Source: Ramlibacter sp.
GTDB lineage: Bacteria > Pseudomonadota > Gammaproteobacteria > Burkholderiales > Burkholderiaceae_C
Assembly: GCA_019635435.1 (NCBI GenBank)
Contig: JAHBZM010000001.1
Location: 2,128,587 to 2,192,586, forward strand
DNA length: 64,000 nt
Direction of reading: 5' to 3'
The notes beneath the pieces are model-generated. The model was not told the DNA's origin. It saw nothing but the letters and a program-made list of their open reading frames with translations, and did not search any database. Positions 31,080 through 39,517 of this stretch are shown here, one piece after another. Every line of letters begins with the position of its first letter. Positions within the stretch are counted from its first letter, which is position 1. Both the position numbers and the translations under genes were made by a program.

Positions 31080-31152
31080 CATTGGATAGCTCAGTCGGGT
31101 AGAGCAGTCTTTGCATAAAAGACCGGTCACGGGTTCGACTCCCGTTCCAAAG
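31080..31152 (+). tRNA. tRNA-Met/Ile2-like (anticodon CAT) with G33, an A2-A71 mismatch and no encoded CCA
   Basis: Canonical D-arm TAGCTCAGTCGGGTAGAGCA. Anticodon stem GTCTT/AAGAC with loop TGCATAA. T-arm ACGGG-TTCGACT-CCCGT. Confidence 0.55.
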
Positions 31153-31160
31153 CAAACCAG

Positions 31161-31231
31161 GGTCGAAAGACCCGCGCCGCTGCAGTCGCGGGGCAAGCCT
31201 GATCCGACGTTGCCGCCCCGAGCGGCAACGC
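31161..31231 (+). other. three consecutive GC-rich hairpins (GGGTC-GAAA-GACCC; CCGC-N7-GCGG; CGTTGCCGC-N5-GCGGCAACG) immediately 3' of the tRNA array
   Basis: Perfect stems with no U-tract. Possibly RNA processing or stability elements. Confidence 0.4.
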
Positions 31232-31430
31232 AGGACCGGACGAGCCCTGCAACTGCCCTCGGTGGCGGCCGGCGCTGAAACCGCCCGGTCCGCGCCCACG
31301 GCCAGCACAGGCTGCCTTGCCGGGTGGCCTGAGCGCACCGTGACGCCCGGCCCTGTGCCTTCAGCGTTTGCAGCCCCCGTTGCCGCGGCGCACCCCTTCA
31401 TTCACACGCATCCAACACAAGGAGAACACC

Positions 31431-32570
31431 ATGGAATTCAAGCGTGTCAGCATCAAGAAAAACGAGCGCGGCATCCTGCTGCGCAATGGTGACTTTGACC
31501 GCGTGCTGCGGCCCGGCCGTCACCTGCTGTTCAGCGGTCTGGACACGCTGCGCGTGGAAAACTTCGCGCTCGACCAACCCGCATTCGCCCACAGTCTGGC
31601 GGACTACCTCATGGCCAGGGAAGCCGGGGTGGTCGCGGCCGAGTTCGTGCGCGTCGAGCTGGGCGAGACCCAAGCCGGCCTGCGTTCCGAGAACGGCGTG
31701 TTGGTGGAAGTGCTTGCTCCCACCACGCGGCGCCTGTACTGGAAGGGGCTGGTGGACGTGCAGGTGGAGGTGATCGACCTGGTCGCCTCGCCCGAGCTCG
31801 CCCCTGGCACGGTGGCCCGCCTGACGCAGACCCAGCTGCGCCAACGTGGCGTGACCGGCCTGGCCGGTGTGCTGCAGGTGCAGGTGCCCGAACACTCGGT
31901 GGGCGTGCTGACCGTTGACGGCAAGGTGGAACGCCTGCTGGTGCCCGGTGCGTACGCGTTCTGGAAGTTCAACCGCAATGTGGCGGTGGATCTAGTGGAC
32001 ATGCGCCTGCAGTCGCTGGAAGTCACGGGCCAGGAAATCCTGACCCGCGACAAAGTCAGCCTGCGGCTGAACCTGGCGGCCACCTGGCGCTACACCGATG
32101 TGCTCAAGGCCTTCACCCAGCTGCAAAAGCCCGCGGAACACCTGTACCGCGAGCTGCAGTTCGGGCTGCGCGCCGCTGTGGGCACCCGCACGCTGGATGA
32201 GCTGCTGGAGAACAAGACGGTCATCGACGAAGTGGTGACCACCTATGTGCGTGGCCGCCTGTCCGCGTGGGGGCTGGCGCTGGACGGCGTGGGTGTGAAA
32301 GACATCGTGCTGCCCGGCGAGATGAAAACCATCCTGGCCCAGGTGGTCGAGGCGGGCAAGTCGGCGGAAGCCAACGTGATCCGCCGGCGCGAAGAAACCG
32401 CCGCCACGCGTTCCCTGCTCAACACGGCCAAGGTCATGGAGGACAACCCCGTGGCCCTGCGCCTGAAGGAGCTGGAAACGCTGGAGCGTGTGGCCGAGCG
32501 CATCGACAAGATCTCCGTCTTCGGCGGTCTGGACCAGGTGCTCAACGGGCTAGTGAAGCTCAAGCCCTAG
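31431..32570 (+). CDS. SPFH/band-7 (slipin-like) domain protein, no predicted TM segment
   Basis: AAGGAG RBS. SPFH core from about residue 170 (VDLVDMRLQSLEV...). C-terminal coiled-coil-like region. Confidence 0.7.
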   Translation: MEFKRVSIKKNERGILLRNGDFDRVLRPGRHLLFSGLDTLRVENFALDQPAFAHSLADYLMAREAGVVAAEFVRVELGETQAGLRSENGVLVEVLAPTTRRLYWKGLVDVQVEVIDLVASPELAPGTVARLTQTQLRQRGVTGLAGVLQVQVPEHSVGVLTVDGKVERLLVPGAYAFWKFNRNVAVDLVDMRLQSLEVTGQEILTRDKVSLRLNLAATWRYTDVLKAFTQLQKPAEHLYRELQFGLRAAVGTRTLDELLENKTVIDEVVTTYVRGRLSAWGLALDGVGVKDIVLPGEMKTILAQVVEAGKSAEANVIRRREETAATRSLLNTAKVMEDNPVALRLKELETLERVAERIDKISVFGGLDQVLNGLVKLKP

Positions 32571-32621
32571 CAACCCTCCGGGGGCGGCCTTTGGTCGCCC
32601 CCGTTCTTTGGAAACAACATC

Positions 32622-33632
32622 ATGGAAACACAAGAGAAGAAAAAGAAAGTCAAACAGCCGCCCGTGCTGTTTGCCAGGACGCAGGCCGTGATGGCCCAGC
32701 TTGGAGATTGTCTGGGCGGCCCTGTGGTGAGCTACTGGAACAACCCGCGAGGCTCGGTGTGCCAGTCAGACGTGGTGGCGCTGTATGACGTGCTGGCACG
32801 TCTGGGCCGGCACGACACCATGTACCTGTTCATCAAGTCCGACGGGGGCAGCGGCCAGGTGTCGCTGCGCCTGGTCAACCTGCTGCGCCAACACTGCCGC
32901 CAGCTCGTGGCGCTGGTGCCGCTGGAGTGCGCATCGGCCGCGACGATGATTGCGCTGGGCGCGGACCGCATCCTGATGGGGCCTACCGCCTATCTGACGG
33001 CGGTGGACACCTCGCTGAACCATGCGCTGTCGCCTGTGGACCGTGACAACGACCGTGTGAACGTCAGCCTGGATGAACTCAACCGGGTAATCCGGCTGTG
33101 GCGCGACCAGCAGGGCGAGCAGGCCGAGAACGCCTACAAGTCGCTGTTCCAATACGTGCACCCGCTGGTGATCGGCGCCGTTGATCGCGCCGAATCGCTG
33201 TCCATCATGCTGTGCCGCGAGTTGCTGGCCAACCACATCGCCGATGAGGCAGTGGCCGAGCAGATAGCGGCGACGCTGAATGCCAAATACCCGTCGCACA
33301 GCTACCCCATCCTGCTGGATGAGGCCGTCAAGATCGGCCTGAAAGCCGAGCGCATGCCGCAAGAGGTCAACACCCTGTTGCTGCAACTGAACGGCTACTA
33401 CAGTGAAATGGGGCAGAAGGCGACGACCGACTTTGACGAGATCAGGGCCCATGGCAATGAGATCGTCAACATCTGGGAGGCGTCGGGCACGCAGGTGTTC
33501 TACCAACAGGACAAGGACTGGTTCTACCGCGCCGAAGAACGGCGCTGGATCACCATGAACGACAACAGCGGATGGCGCCGCATTGAACGAAACGGCTCAC
33601 GCATCAAGCGCACCTTGCTGCACGTGGCCTGA
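32622..33632 (+). CDS. ClpP/crotonase-fold serine protease (SDH/NfeD/S49-like)
   Basis: Motifs KSDGGSG and ECASAATMIALGAD are typical of Clp-fold serine proteases. This class partners with SPFH proteins. Confidence 0.55.
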   Translation: METQEKKKKVKQPPVLFARTQAVMAQLGDCLGGPVVSYWNNPRGSVCQSDVVALYDVLARLGRHDTMYLFIKSDGGSGQVSLRLVNLLRQHCRQLVALVPLECASAATMIALGADRILMGPTAYLTAVDTSLNHALSPVDRDNDRVNVSLDELNRVIRLWRDQQGEQAENAYKSLFQYVHPLVIGAVDRAESLSIMLCRELLANHIADEAVAEQIAATLNAKYPSHSYPILLDEAVKIGLKAERMPQEVNTLLLQLNGYYSEMGQKATTDFDEIRAHGNEIVNIWEASGTQVFYQQDKDWFYRAEERRWITMNDNSGWRRIERNGSRIKRTLLHVA

Positions 33633-33664
33633 GCGGCCTGCCATGGCGGGCCAAAAGGAAAAAC

Positions 33665-34885
33665 ATGAAAGAAACCAACTACATCGAAGAGCAAACCCCC
33701 GGCGGCGTGCCCATCAAGATGTGGACGCGCGGCGTGCCGGTGGAAGACGAGGCCCGACGCCAGCTCAGCAACGCGGCGCGGCTGCCCATTGTGTTCAGGC
33801 ACGTGGCCGCCATGCCTGATGTGCACTTTGGCATCGGGGCCACTGTGGGCTCGGTCATTCCCACCTTCCGCGCCATCATCCCCGCGGCGGTGGGGGTGGA
33901 CATTGGCTGCGGCATGATCGCCAGCAAAACCACGCTGACGGCTGAAGACCTGCCCGACAACCTGGGGCCGCTGCGCTCGGCCATCGAGCGAGCCGTGCCG
34001 CATGGCCGCGCACCCGGTGCGCGCGACCCCGGCGCCTGGCACAAGGTGCCAGGGTCGGTGGACACCGCCTGGGCCCAACTGGAGCCCGAGTTCACCGAGC
34101 TTTGCCGTGACTACCCCAAGCTGCGCAAGACCAACAACCACAACCACCTGGGCACCCTGGGCACGGGTAACCACTTCATTGAGGTCTGCCTGGACGAGCA
34201 GGGCGCGGTTTGGTTCATGCTGCACTCGGGCTCACGCGGCGTGGGCAATGCCATTGGCACCATGTTCATCGAACTGGCCAGGCAGGACGCCATGCGCAAC
34301 AACGTGAACCTGCCTGACCGTGACCTGGCGTACTTTGAAGAAGGCTCGCGCTACTTTGGCGACTACGTGCGGGCCGTGGGCTGGGGCCAGAAGTTTGCGC
34401 GCCTGAACCGTGAGGTGATGATGCGCCGCGTGATCGAGGCGGCCAAGACCGTGATCCGCAAGAACTTCCAGAGCCACATCGAGGCGGTCAACTGCCACCA
34501 CAACTATGTGCAACGGGAACGCCACTTTGGGGAAGATGTTTACGTGACCCGCAAGGGCGCCGTGAGCGCCCAGGCGGGTGAACTGGGCATCATCCCCGGC
34601 AGCATGGGCGCGCGCAGCTACATCGTGCGTGGCAAGGGCAACCCCGAAAGCTTCGCCTCGTGTTCGCACGGGGCAGGGCGCACCATGAGCCGTGGCGAAG
34701 CCAAGCGCCGGTTCACGCTGGCCGACCACCGCGCCGCCACCGAAGGCGTTGAATGCCGCAAGGACAAGGACGTGATTGACGAAACGCCCGCGGCCTACAA
34801 GGACATTGACGCCGTGATGGCGGCGCAGCAAGACCTGGTGGACGTGGTGCACACGCTCAAGCAGGTGGTGTGCGTGAAAGGGTGA
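33665..34885 (+). CDS. rtcB: RNA-splicing ligase RtcB (3'-phosphate/5'-hydroxyl RNA ligase)
   Basis: 406 aa. Conserved RtcB metal and GTP-binding His residues (DVHFG, GNHF, HNH region). Confidence 0.85.
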   Translation: MKETNYIEEQTPGGVPIKMWTRGVPVEDEARRQLSNAARLPIVFRHVAAMPDVHFGIGATVGSVIPTFRAIIPAAVGVDIGCGMIASKTTLTAEDLPDNLGPLRSAIERAVPHGRAPGARDPGAWHKVPGSVDTAWAQLEPEFTELCRDYPKLRKTNNHNHLGTLGTGNHFIEVCLDEQGAVWFMLHSGSRGVGNAIGTMFIELARQDAMRNNVNLPDRDLAYFEEGSRYFGDYVRAVGWGQKFARLNREVMMRRVIEAAKTVIRKNFQSHIEAVNCHHNYVQRERHFGEDVYVTRKGAVSAQAGELGIIPGSMGARSYIVRGKGNPESFASCSHGAGRTMSRGEAKRRFTLADHRAATEGVECRKDKDVIDETPAAYKDIDAVMAAQQDLVDVVHTLKQVVCVKG

Positions 34886-34902
34886 AACGCATCGCCCATC
34901 GA

Positions 34903-34930
34903 GCCGACCCGAAAGGGTCGGCTTTTTTTT
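34903..34930 (+). terminator. intrinsic terminator after rtcB (GCCGACCC-GAAA-GGGTCGGC followed by T8)
   Basis: Perfect 8-bp stem, GNRA tetraloop and a TTTTTTTT run. Confidence 0.8.
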
Positions 34931-35015
34931 GGTCGCAGGGTGGTCTACCCTTGCTTCAACGCCGTCAGATCAATCGCAATCGTCATGCGCGAGTCAGCCA
35001 GATCGTCGGCCATCG

Positions 35016-35408
35016 TCATGGTGCAGGGGGCCACGGCCCCGGGACGGTCACGGCTTCGTCAGGGCCAGGCCAGGGCGGCATGGTGATGGCCACCGCAGAT
35101 ACCCCCTCCGTAGCCGCGGCCCGAAACTGGAAGTGCGTACCCAGTGGAATGGTCAGGCAAACACCCGGTTCGAGCACCACAGTTTCTTCACGCTCGCCCT
35201 GCTTGCGCCACATCTCGCCACGCCCGGCCACCACAAACCAGATCTCTTCCACCGTGCGGTGCGTCACGGCCTGGGCCACCTGGCCGGCGCGCAGCGTGAA
35301 ATGCGCCATGCCGCCTCCCTGCAAGCCCAGCAGGATGCGCACATCCGAGCCATCGGGTGCCACCACTGTCGCGACGGCGGGGAGAGGCATGGTATTGAAC
35401 GCGGTCAT
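35016..35408 (-). CDS. cupin-domain protein
   Basis: 130-aa small-barrel cupin_2-like sequence. Confidence 0.5.
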   Translation of the reverse strand: MTAFNTMPLPAVATVVAPDGSDVRILLGLQGGGMAHFTLRAGQVAQAVTHRTVEEIWFVVAGRGEMWRKQGEREETVVLEPGVCLTIPLGTHFQFRAAATEGVSAVAITMPPWPGPDEAVTVPGPWPPAP

Positions 35409-35596
35409 GGTTGGGCGCTACCAGTTACAAACTCCATCAGATCGGCAGACAGAATGACGGGCACTTGCGGAAAGTACCCGGACTGGTTCGGCTGTGCCGT
35501 GAGCGCACAAATGTTTTTGGAATACATGCATCCTCCGCTGTTTGAATAGTGGTTCAAATTCTGCCGCATAACGTCTCCAGGCTGCTGCTCCACAAC

Positions 35597-35643
35597 GCGG
35601 GCAGTTGCCTGGTCGAGCGGGGGACCCGGGTTCAGATCTGACG
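35597..35643 (+). repeat. direct repeat DR-R (diverged copy of the kup 3' terminus)
   Basis: GCGGGCAGTTGCCTGGTCGAGCGGGGGACCCGGGTTCAGATCTGACG. In frame it encodes AGSCLVERGTRVQI-stop, against kup [14 protein letters not shown]-stop. Confidence 0.7.
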
Positions 35644-35645
35644 CA

Positions 35646-36104
35646 TCAAGGCGCGCGCCCCGGCGCCACCATGGCCGTGGCCAGCGCCAGGCCGGGCGCC
35701 GTGGGGTGGGCCGTGTCCACCAGAACGCCTTCTGCAAAGCTGAAATTTCTGGCCGGGCGGACCACATGGGCCCGGAAGGCGAGTGAATCGCTGGCGCTCG
35801 CCAGCGACAGGAACTTGACGGAGAGTTCCAGCGTGACGACCACCTCACTGTCGTAGTGCCCCAAGCCGGCGAGCACGAAGGCCGCGTCAAAACCCGCGGA
35901 GATGACTCCCCCATTGAGCGCCGTCGTGCCGCCACCGCCCAGCGGGCCAGGGGCCAGCCCTGACAGGGTGACAACCGCGGTGCCGGGTTCCTCGAACGCA
36001 CCCTTGAAGCCGAACCACAAGACCTCTTTGCGCGCGTTGAACTGCAGCAGTTGCTGTGCGCGCCTTTCAGGCGACAGGCGAAAAGCGGCCGAAGGAAGTT
36101 GCAT
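35646..36104 (-). CDS. hotdog-fold thioesterase superfamily protein
   Basis: Start taken at the internal Met (MQLPSAAF). PaaI-like hotdog sequence. Confidence 0.55.
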   Translation of the reverse strand: MQLPSAAFRLSPERRAQQLLQFNARKEVLWFGFKGAFEEPGTAVVTLSGLAPGPLGGGGTTALNGGVISAGFDAAFVLAGLGHYDSEVVVTLELSVKFLSLASASDSLAFRAHVVRPARNFSFAEGVLVDTAHPTAPGLALATAMVAPGRAP

Positions 36105-36132
36105 GGCAGTACCGTCCTCAATCAAGCGGGGC

Positions 36133-36639
36133 TCAACCCAGCAGCGCAGGGTTGAGCTGCCAGGTGGCGAGCGTGAGTGCCGACGCGAACGACACCCATG
36201 CCAGGTAGGGCAGCAGCAGCATGGCCGCCAGCCTGCTGACGCGCCAGAACAGGCCGATGGTGAGGGCGATCAGCACCCACAGCAGAACAATCTCTGCCAA
36301 CGCCAGCCCGCCTTGCCGCCAGACGAAAAAGAGCCAGGTCCACAGCGCATTGGCCGCCAGCTGGAGCATGAACACCAGCAGCGCGTTGCGTGCGCCCGCA
36401 AAACCGCGCGCGCGCCAGACCAGCCAGGCCGAGATGCCCATCAACGCATACAGAGCCGACCAGACCGGCGCAAACAGCCAGCCCGGGGGCGCCCAGGCGG
36501 GGCGAATCAGGTCGCGGTAGAAATCACCCGCGTTGGCCGATGCCAGACCGCCCACCGCGGCCGCGGCAAAAGCGACGGCCAGCCAGCCGATCAGGCCCAG
36601 GGTTTGGCGTGCGGGTGACCTGGCAGGGCGTTGAGTCAT
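36133..36639 (-). CDS. tspO: TspO/MBR-family tryptophan-rich sensory protein
   Basis: 168 aa, five TM segments, Trp-rich. Confidence 0.8.
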   Translation of the reverse strand: MTQRPARSPARQTLGLIGWLAVAFAAAAVGGLASANAGDFYRDLIRPAWAPPGWLFAPVWSALYALMGISAWLVWRARGFAGARNALLVFMLQLAANALWTWLFFVWRQGGLALAEIVLLWVLIALTIGLFWRVSRLAAMLLLPYLAWVSFASALTLATWQLNPALLG

Positions 36640-36756
36640 TGGAGGTGCTGACGATAGGGATGCCCTGCATTCTCCGGCAGTTGTTCAACTGGGTGTGCGC
36701 CCTCCGGATTCAGTCAACTTGTCGCGGGTGGTTGAGCGGCCTCTTTTGACATTTGC

Positions 36757-39144
36757 CTAATAGAGGTACACCGCCCCCGAATTGCTCTGGCTTGCATCGG
36801 CCTGGTTGCCACCAATGCCGCCCGAGCCACCGTCTTCTGAGGCCGCACCCACGGCGAGGGTATTGCCATCGGCCGACAGCGCCACCGCACCGCCAAACCG
36901 GTCGCCCGCGCCGGTATTGGGTGCCTTCAGGTAGGCCGACTGCGACCACGCCGCGCCGCTGCGCTTGAACATGAAGACGGCGCCGGCATCCGCCGCGGCG
37001 GTGTTGGCCTGGTCCCCGTTGAAACCCGTGGCGTTGCTGTCTTCACGGTAAGACGACACGGCCAGCGTATGGCCGTCCGCCGACATGAACATCGCATTGC
37101 CAAAGCGATGTGGTGTTCGCGTGTTGGAGGGCTTCAGGTACGCCTGCTGTGACCAGGTTGCGCCCGCACGGGTGAACACAAATGCGGCGCCCGAATTCAA
37201 GGCCAGCGCATTGTCGACGGGGTTGACTGCGAACACGCCGGTGTTGTTGCTGCTCTCGCCGTCCATCCCCACGCCCAGGGTGTTGCCGTCGGCCGACAGG
37301 ACAACTGCCACTCCGAACCGGTCATTGGCTTCGGGCAGCGGCGCCTTCAGGTAGCTCTGCTGCGCCCACAGGTTGCCCGTGCGCTGAAAGACGTAGGCGG
37401 CTCCCGCGTTGGACAAGGAGTTGTCGCCCGGGGCCGCCGCGTCGGCGCTTTGCTCAAAAAACGCGCCCACCGCGACGGTGTCACCACTGCCCGAGAGCGC
37501 CAGTGATATGCCGAAGAAATCGCCCGCGCCCGCGTTGGATGCCTTGAGGTAGCCCTGGGCCGACCAGACGCCCCCTGTGCGCGTGAACACATGGACGGCC
37601 CCTGAGCCGAAGTAAGCGCCGTTGCCGTGCGCGCCCGTCTGGTCCGCGCTCTCGTAATAGGCGGCCACCGCCAGCGTGTCGCCGTTGGTGGACAGCCTCA
37701 CGGTGGTCCCGAACAGGTCGCCAGCGTACGCGTTGGGTGCCTTGATGAAGGCCTGGCGCGACCACACCGCGCCACTGCGGGTGTAGACATACACGGCGCC
37801 AGCGCTGGCTGCCAGATTGTTGGTGGCCGGCATCACGGTGAAGGTGCCGGTCTGGTTGCCCGACTCCCCGTCGGCCCCGATGGCCAGCGTGCTGCCGTCG
37901 CCCGACAGGGCCAGCGCGTTGCCAAAGTAGTCGTTGGCATCCGGGTTGGGCGCTGCAATTCGGGCCTGCTGGGTCCACGTGGCCCCGGTTTTGGTGAAGA
38001 CATACACAGCGCCCGTGTTGCCGCCCTCACCGTAGGCTCCAACGGCCATCGTCGAACCGTCGGCCGACAACGCCACCCGGTTGCCGAAGCGGGCCTCCAC
38101 CGCCGGCGAGGCCGCCTTGAAGTAACCGATGGCCTGCTTCATGTCGGGCGCCACCGCCGCCGAGCTCGGCCCACACCCGCTCACGTTGCAGGCCTGCACG
38201 GTGTAGGTGGCGCTCAGGCGCGTGTGCAGCAGCACCGGGACCGCATACGCCAGGCTGGTTGTGAAACTGCTTTGCCCGATCTGCACCCGGGGCAGGGGTC
38301 CGGCGCCGTCCGGGTCTTCGTACACCAGGTAGCTCTGGGCATCTGCCACAACGTTCCATGAAAAGTTCAAGGCCTTGGCCGCGTAAGTGATGGTCAGGCC
38401 CGGCGCGGCGGTGGGAGCGGGTGGCGGCGGCGGGGGTGGCGGCGGAGGCGGGGGCTCCGGCGGGGGCGGCGGCACCACTGCGCTGCAGTGGACCAAGGCT
38501 TGGCTCTGCTGCCCTGCGCTGCCCGTGCCCTGCAACACACTGCACAGCATCCCGGCCGGTTGCACAGCCACCGTGACGGTGTAGGGCGTGCCGTGCGCCA
38601 GCGGGGTGGCGAAGCTGAAGGACCCGTTGGCAGGCACGGACAGGTTTTCTGCCCCGTTGATCTGAAGCACCACGGTGCCTACCAGGCCCGTCACCTCGAC
38701 GGTGATGGGGTAGGTGTTGTCGGAGCATGACACCAGAATATCGTTGACGGGCCCCACAGCCGTCCCCGTGCCGTTGGCCACCACACAGGTCTGCCCCGTG
38801 GGCTGCGTTTTGACCACCAGGTGGTAGGCGGTGCCGACCGCCACCGTCACGGAATAGTGGCCTGAAGACGTCAGCTCCACTTCAAGAGTGCCGTTGTTCT
38901 GCAGAACCACCTTGCCCTTCAGGCCGACCAGGGTGCCGCCAATGGTCGTTTCGGCGCTTGGCGTGTCCGGAGGGCCCACGGGGGCGTCGCTGCCCCCGCC
39001 GCAAGCCGCCAGCGTCATGAGCAAAGGGAACGCCAGACACGCTGCGGCCCAACGCCTCAGGTGGTTGAAGTTGACGGTGACCCGGCCCTTCAAGGCCAAC
39101 AGGGAAACGTGCCCGCGTGAAAGCCGGCCAACAAAACATTGCAT
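36757..39144 (-). CDS. large surface lipoprotein with Ig-like domains, a poly-proline linker and FG-GAP-type beta-propeller repeats
   Basis: Lipobox LAAC. Run of PPPPPEPPPPPPPPPPPPAPTAAPG. Repeats of the form DG-TLAVGA...GAVYVF-R-G--W-Q-AYLKA-N. Start uncertain: ATG at 39144, or GTG around 39084 giving MTVNFNHLRRW. Confidence 0.65.
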   Translation of the reverse strand: MQCFVGRLSRGHVSLLALKGRVTVNFNHLRRWAAACLAFPLLMTLAACGGGSDAPVGPPDTPSAETTIGGTLVGLKGKVVLQNNGTLEVELTSSGHYSVTVAVGTAYHLVVKTQPTGQTCVVANGTGTAVGPVNDILVSCSDNTYPITVEVTGLVGTVVLQINGAENLSVPANGSFSFATPLAHGTPYTVTVAVQPAGMLCSVLQGTGSAGQQSQALVHCSAVVPPPPPEPPPPPPPPPPPPAPTAAPGLTITYAAKALNFSWNVVADAQSYLVYEDPDGAGPLPRVQIGQSSFTTSLAYAVPVLLHTRLSATYTVQACNVSGCGPSSAAVAPDMKQAIGYFKAASPAVEARFGNRVALSADGSTMAVGAYGEGGNTGAVYVFTKTGATWTQQARIAAPNPDANDYFGNALALSGDGSTLAIGADGESGNQTGTFTVMPATNNLAASAGAVYVYTRSGAVWSRQAFIKAPNAYAGDLFGTTVRLSTNGDTLAVAAYYESADQTGAHGNGAYFGSGAVHVFTRTGGVWSAQGYLKASNAGAGDFFGISLALSGSGDTVAVGAFFEQSADAAAPGDNSLSNAGAAYVFQRTGNLWAQQSYLKAPLPEANDRFGVAVVLSADGNTLGVGMDGESSNNTGVFAVNPVDNALALNSGAAFVFTRAGATWSQQAYLKPSNTRTPHRFGNAMFMSADGHTLAVSSYREDSNATGFNGDQANTAAADAGAVFMFKRSGAAWSQSAYLKAPNTGAGDRFGGAVALSADGNTLAVGAASEDGGSGGIGGNQADASQSNSGAVYLY

Positions 39145-39355
39145 GGTGATGGGTCCTCGTCTGCACCCGTGGCCCAACAACGGCCGGTCATGCAGGGATC
39201 CGATGGGCCTGTGTGCCAAGCCTGAATCGGGCCCGAATGATGCAATGGCGTGGGGCGTGGTTGCAGTGGTGCAAACCCATCCAAACTTCAGTAGGGTTGA
39301 CAAACGCAGCGACGCCAACGCGTCAGCGTCCGGGCAATAGTTGCTACCAATTCCG

Positions 39356-39389
39356 TAGCAAGAAGTGGCCGCCCCGTCTGGACTCCAGG
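39356..39389. repeat. interspersed ~34-bp repeat, copy d (inverted)
   Basis: GTGGCCGCCCCGTCTGGACTCCAGGCCTATTTGCC. Confidence 0.6.
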
Positions 39390-39517
39390 CCTATTTGCCT
39401 CTTGACTCAGCTTGTGAAGCCAGTTGCGCGGCGTGCAGCGCTTGCGGCGCGTTGGCGAGCCTTCGCAAGATTTCACTGACCCGACTGGCGCAACCCTGGA
39501 CGGGGGAGAAAAGTGGG

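Larger units (their letters stand above)
28581..35643. mobile_element. putative integrated genomic island (about 7 kb) at the kup 3' end, bounded by 47-bp imperfect direct repeats; no integrase detected
   Basis: DR-L 28581..28627 and DR-R 35597..35643 are 40/47 identical, with the 3' 20 nt perfect. Both encode a ...GTRVQI-stop terminus. The interior contains lower-GC DNA, a tRNA array, an HNH endonuclease, an XRE regulator and an SPFH-protease-RtcB operon. Confidence 0.55.

Noticed and set aside
30760-31401. 213-aa minus-strand ORF across the tRNA-like elements and hairpins
   Set aside because: Covers structured RNA elements, and the translation has no features. Judged spurious.
31232-31430. 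Sigma54 (TGGCAC-N5-TTGC) promoter upstream of the SPFH-protease-rtcB operon, as would be expected for an RtcR-controlled rtcB
   Set aside because: Only a poor match (TGTGCC-N7-TTTGCA) was found, with no GG at -24. No rtcR gene is nearby. Not supported.
28628-35596. Integrase, excisionase or transposase gene inside the island
   Set aside because: Every ORF of 60 aa or more in the interval was inspected. None shows tyrosine or serine recombinase or DDE transposase motifs.
35405-36121. ORFs overlapping DR-R (35405..36121 minus; 35605..35856 plus)
   Set aside because: Low-complexity translations. One overlaps the thioesterase gene in another frame. The sequence is better explained as a duplicated kup terminus plus the thioesterase gene.
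38380-38480. Imperfect GGN-repeat (Gly/Pro-codon) DNA tract that could be mistaken for a CRISPR array or microsatellite
   Set aside because: It is an imperfect GGN repeat encoding the poly-proline linker of the lipoprotein on the minus strand. There are no spacer-repeat units. No CRISPR array exists anywhere in the window.
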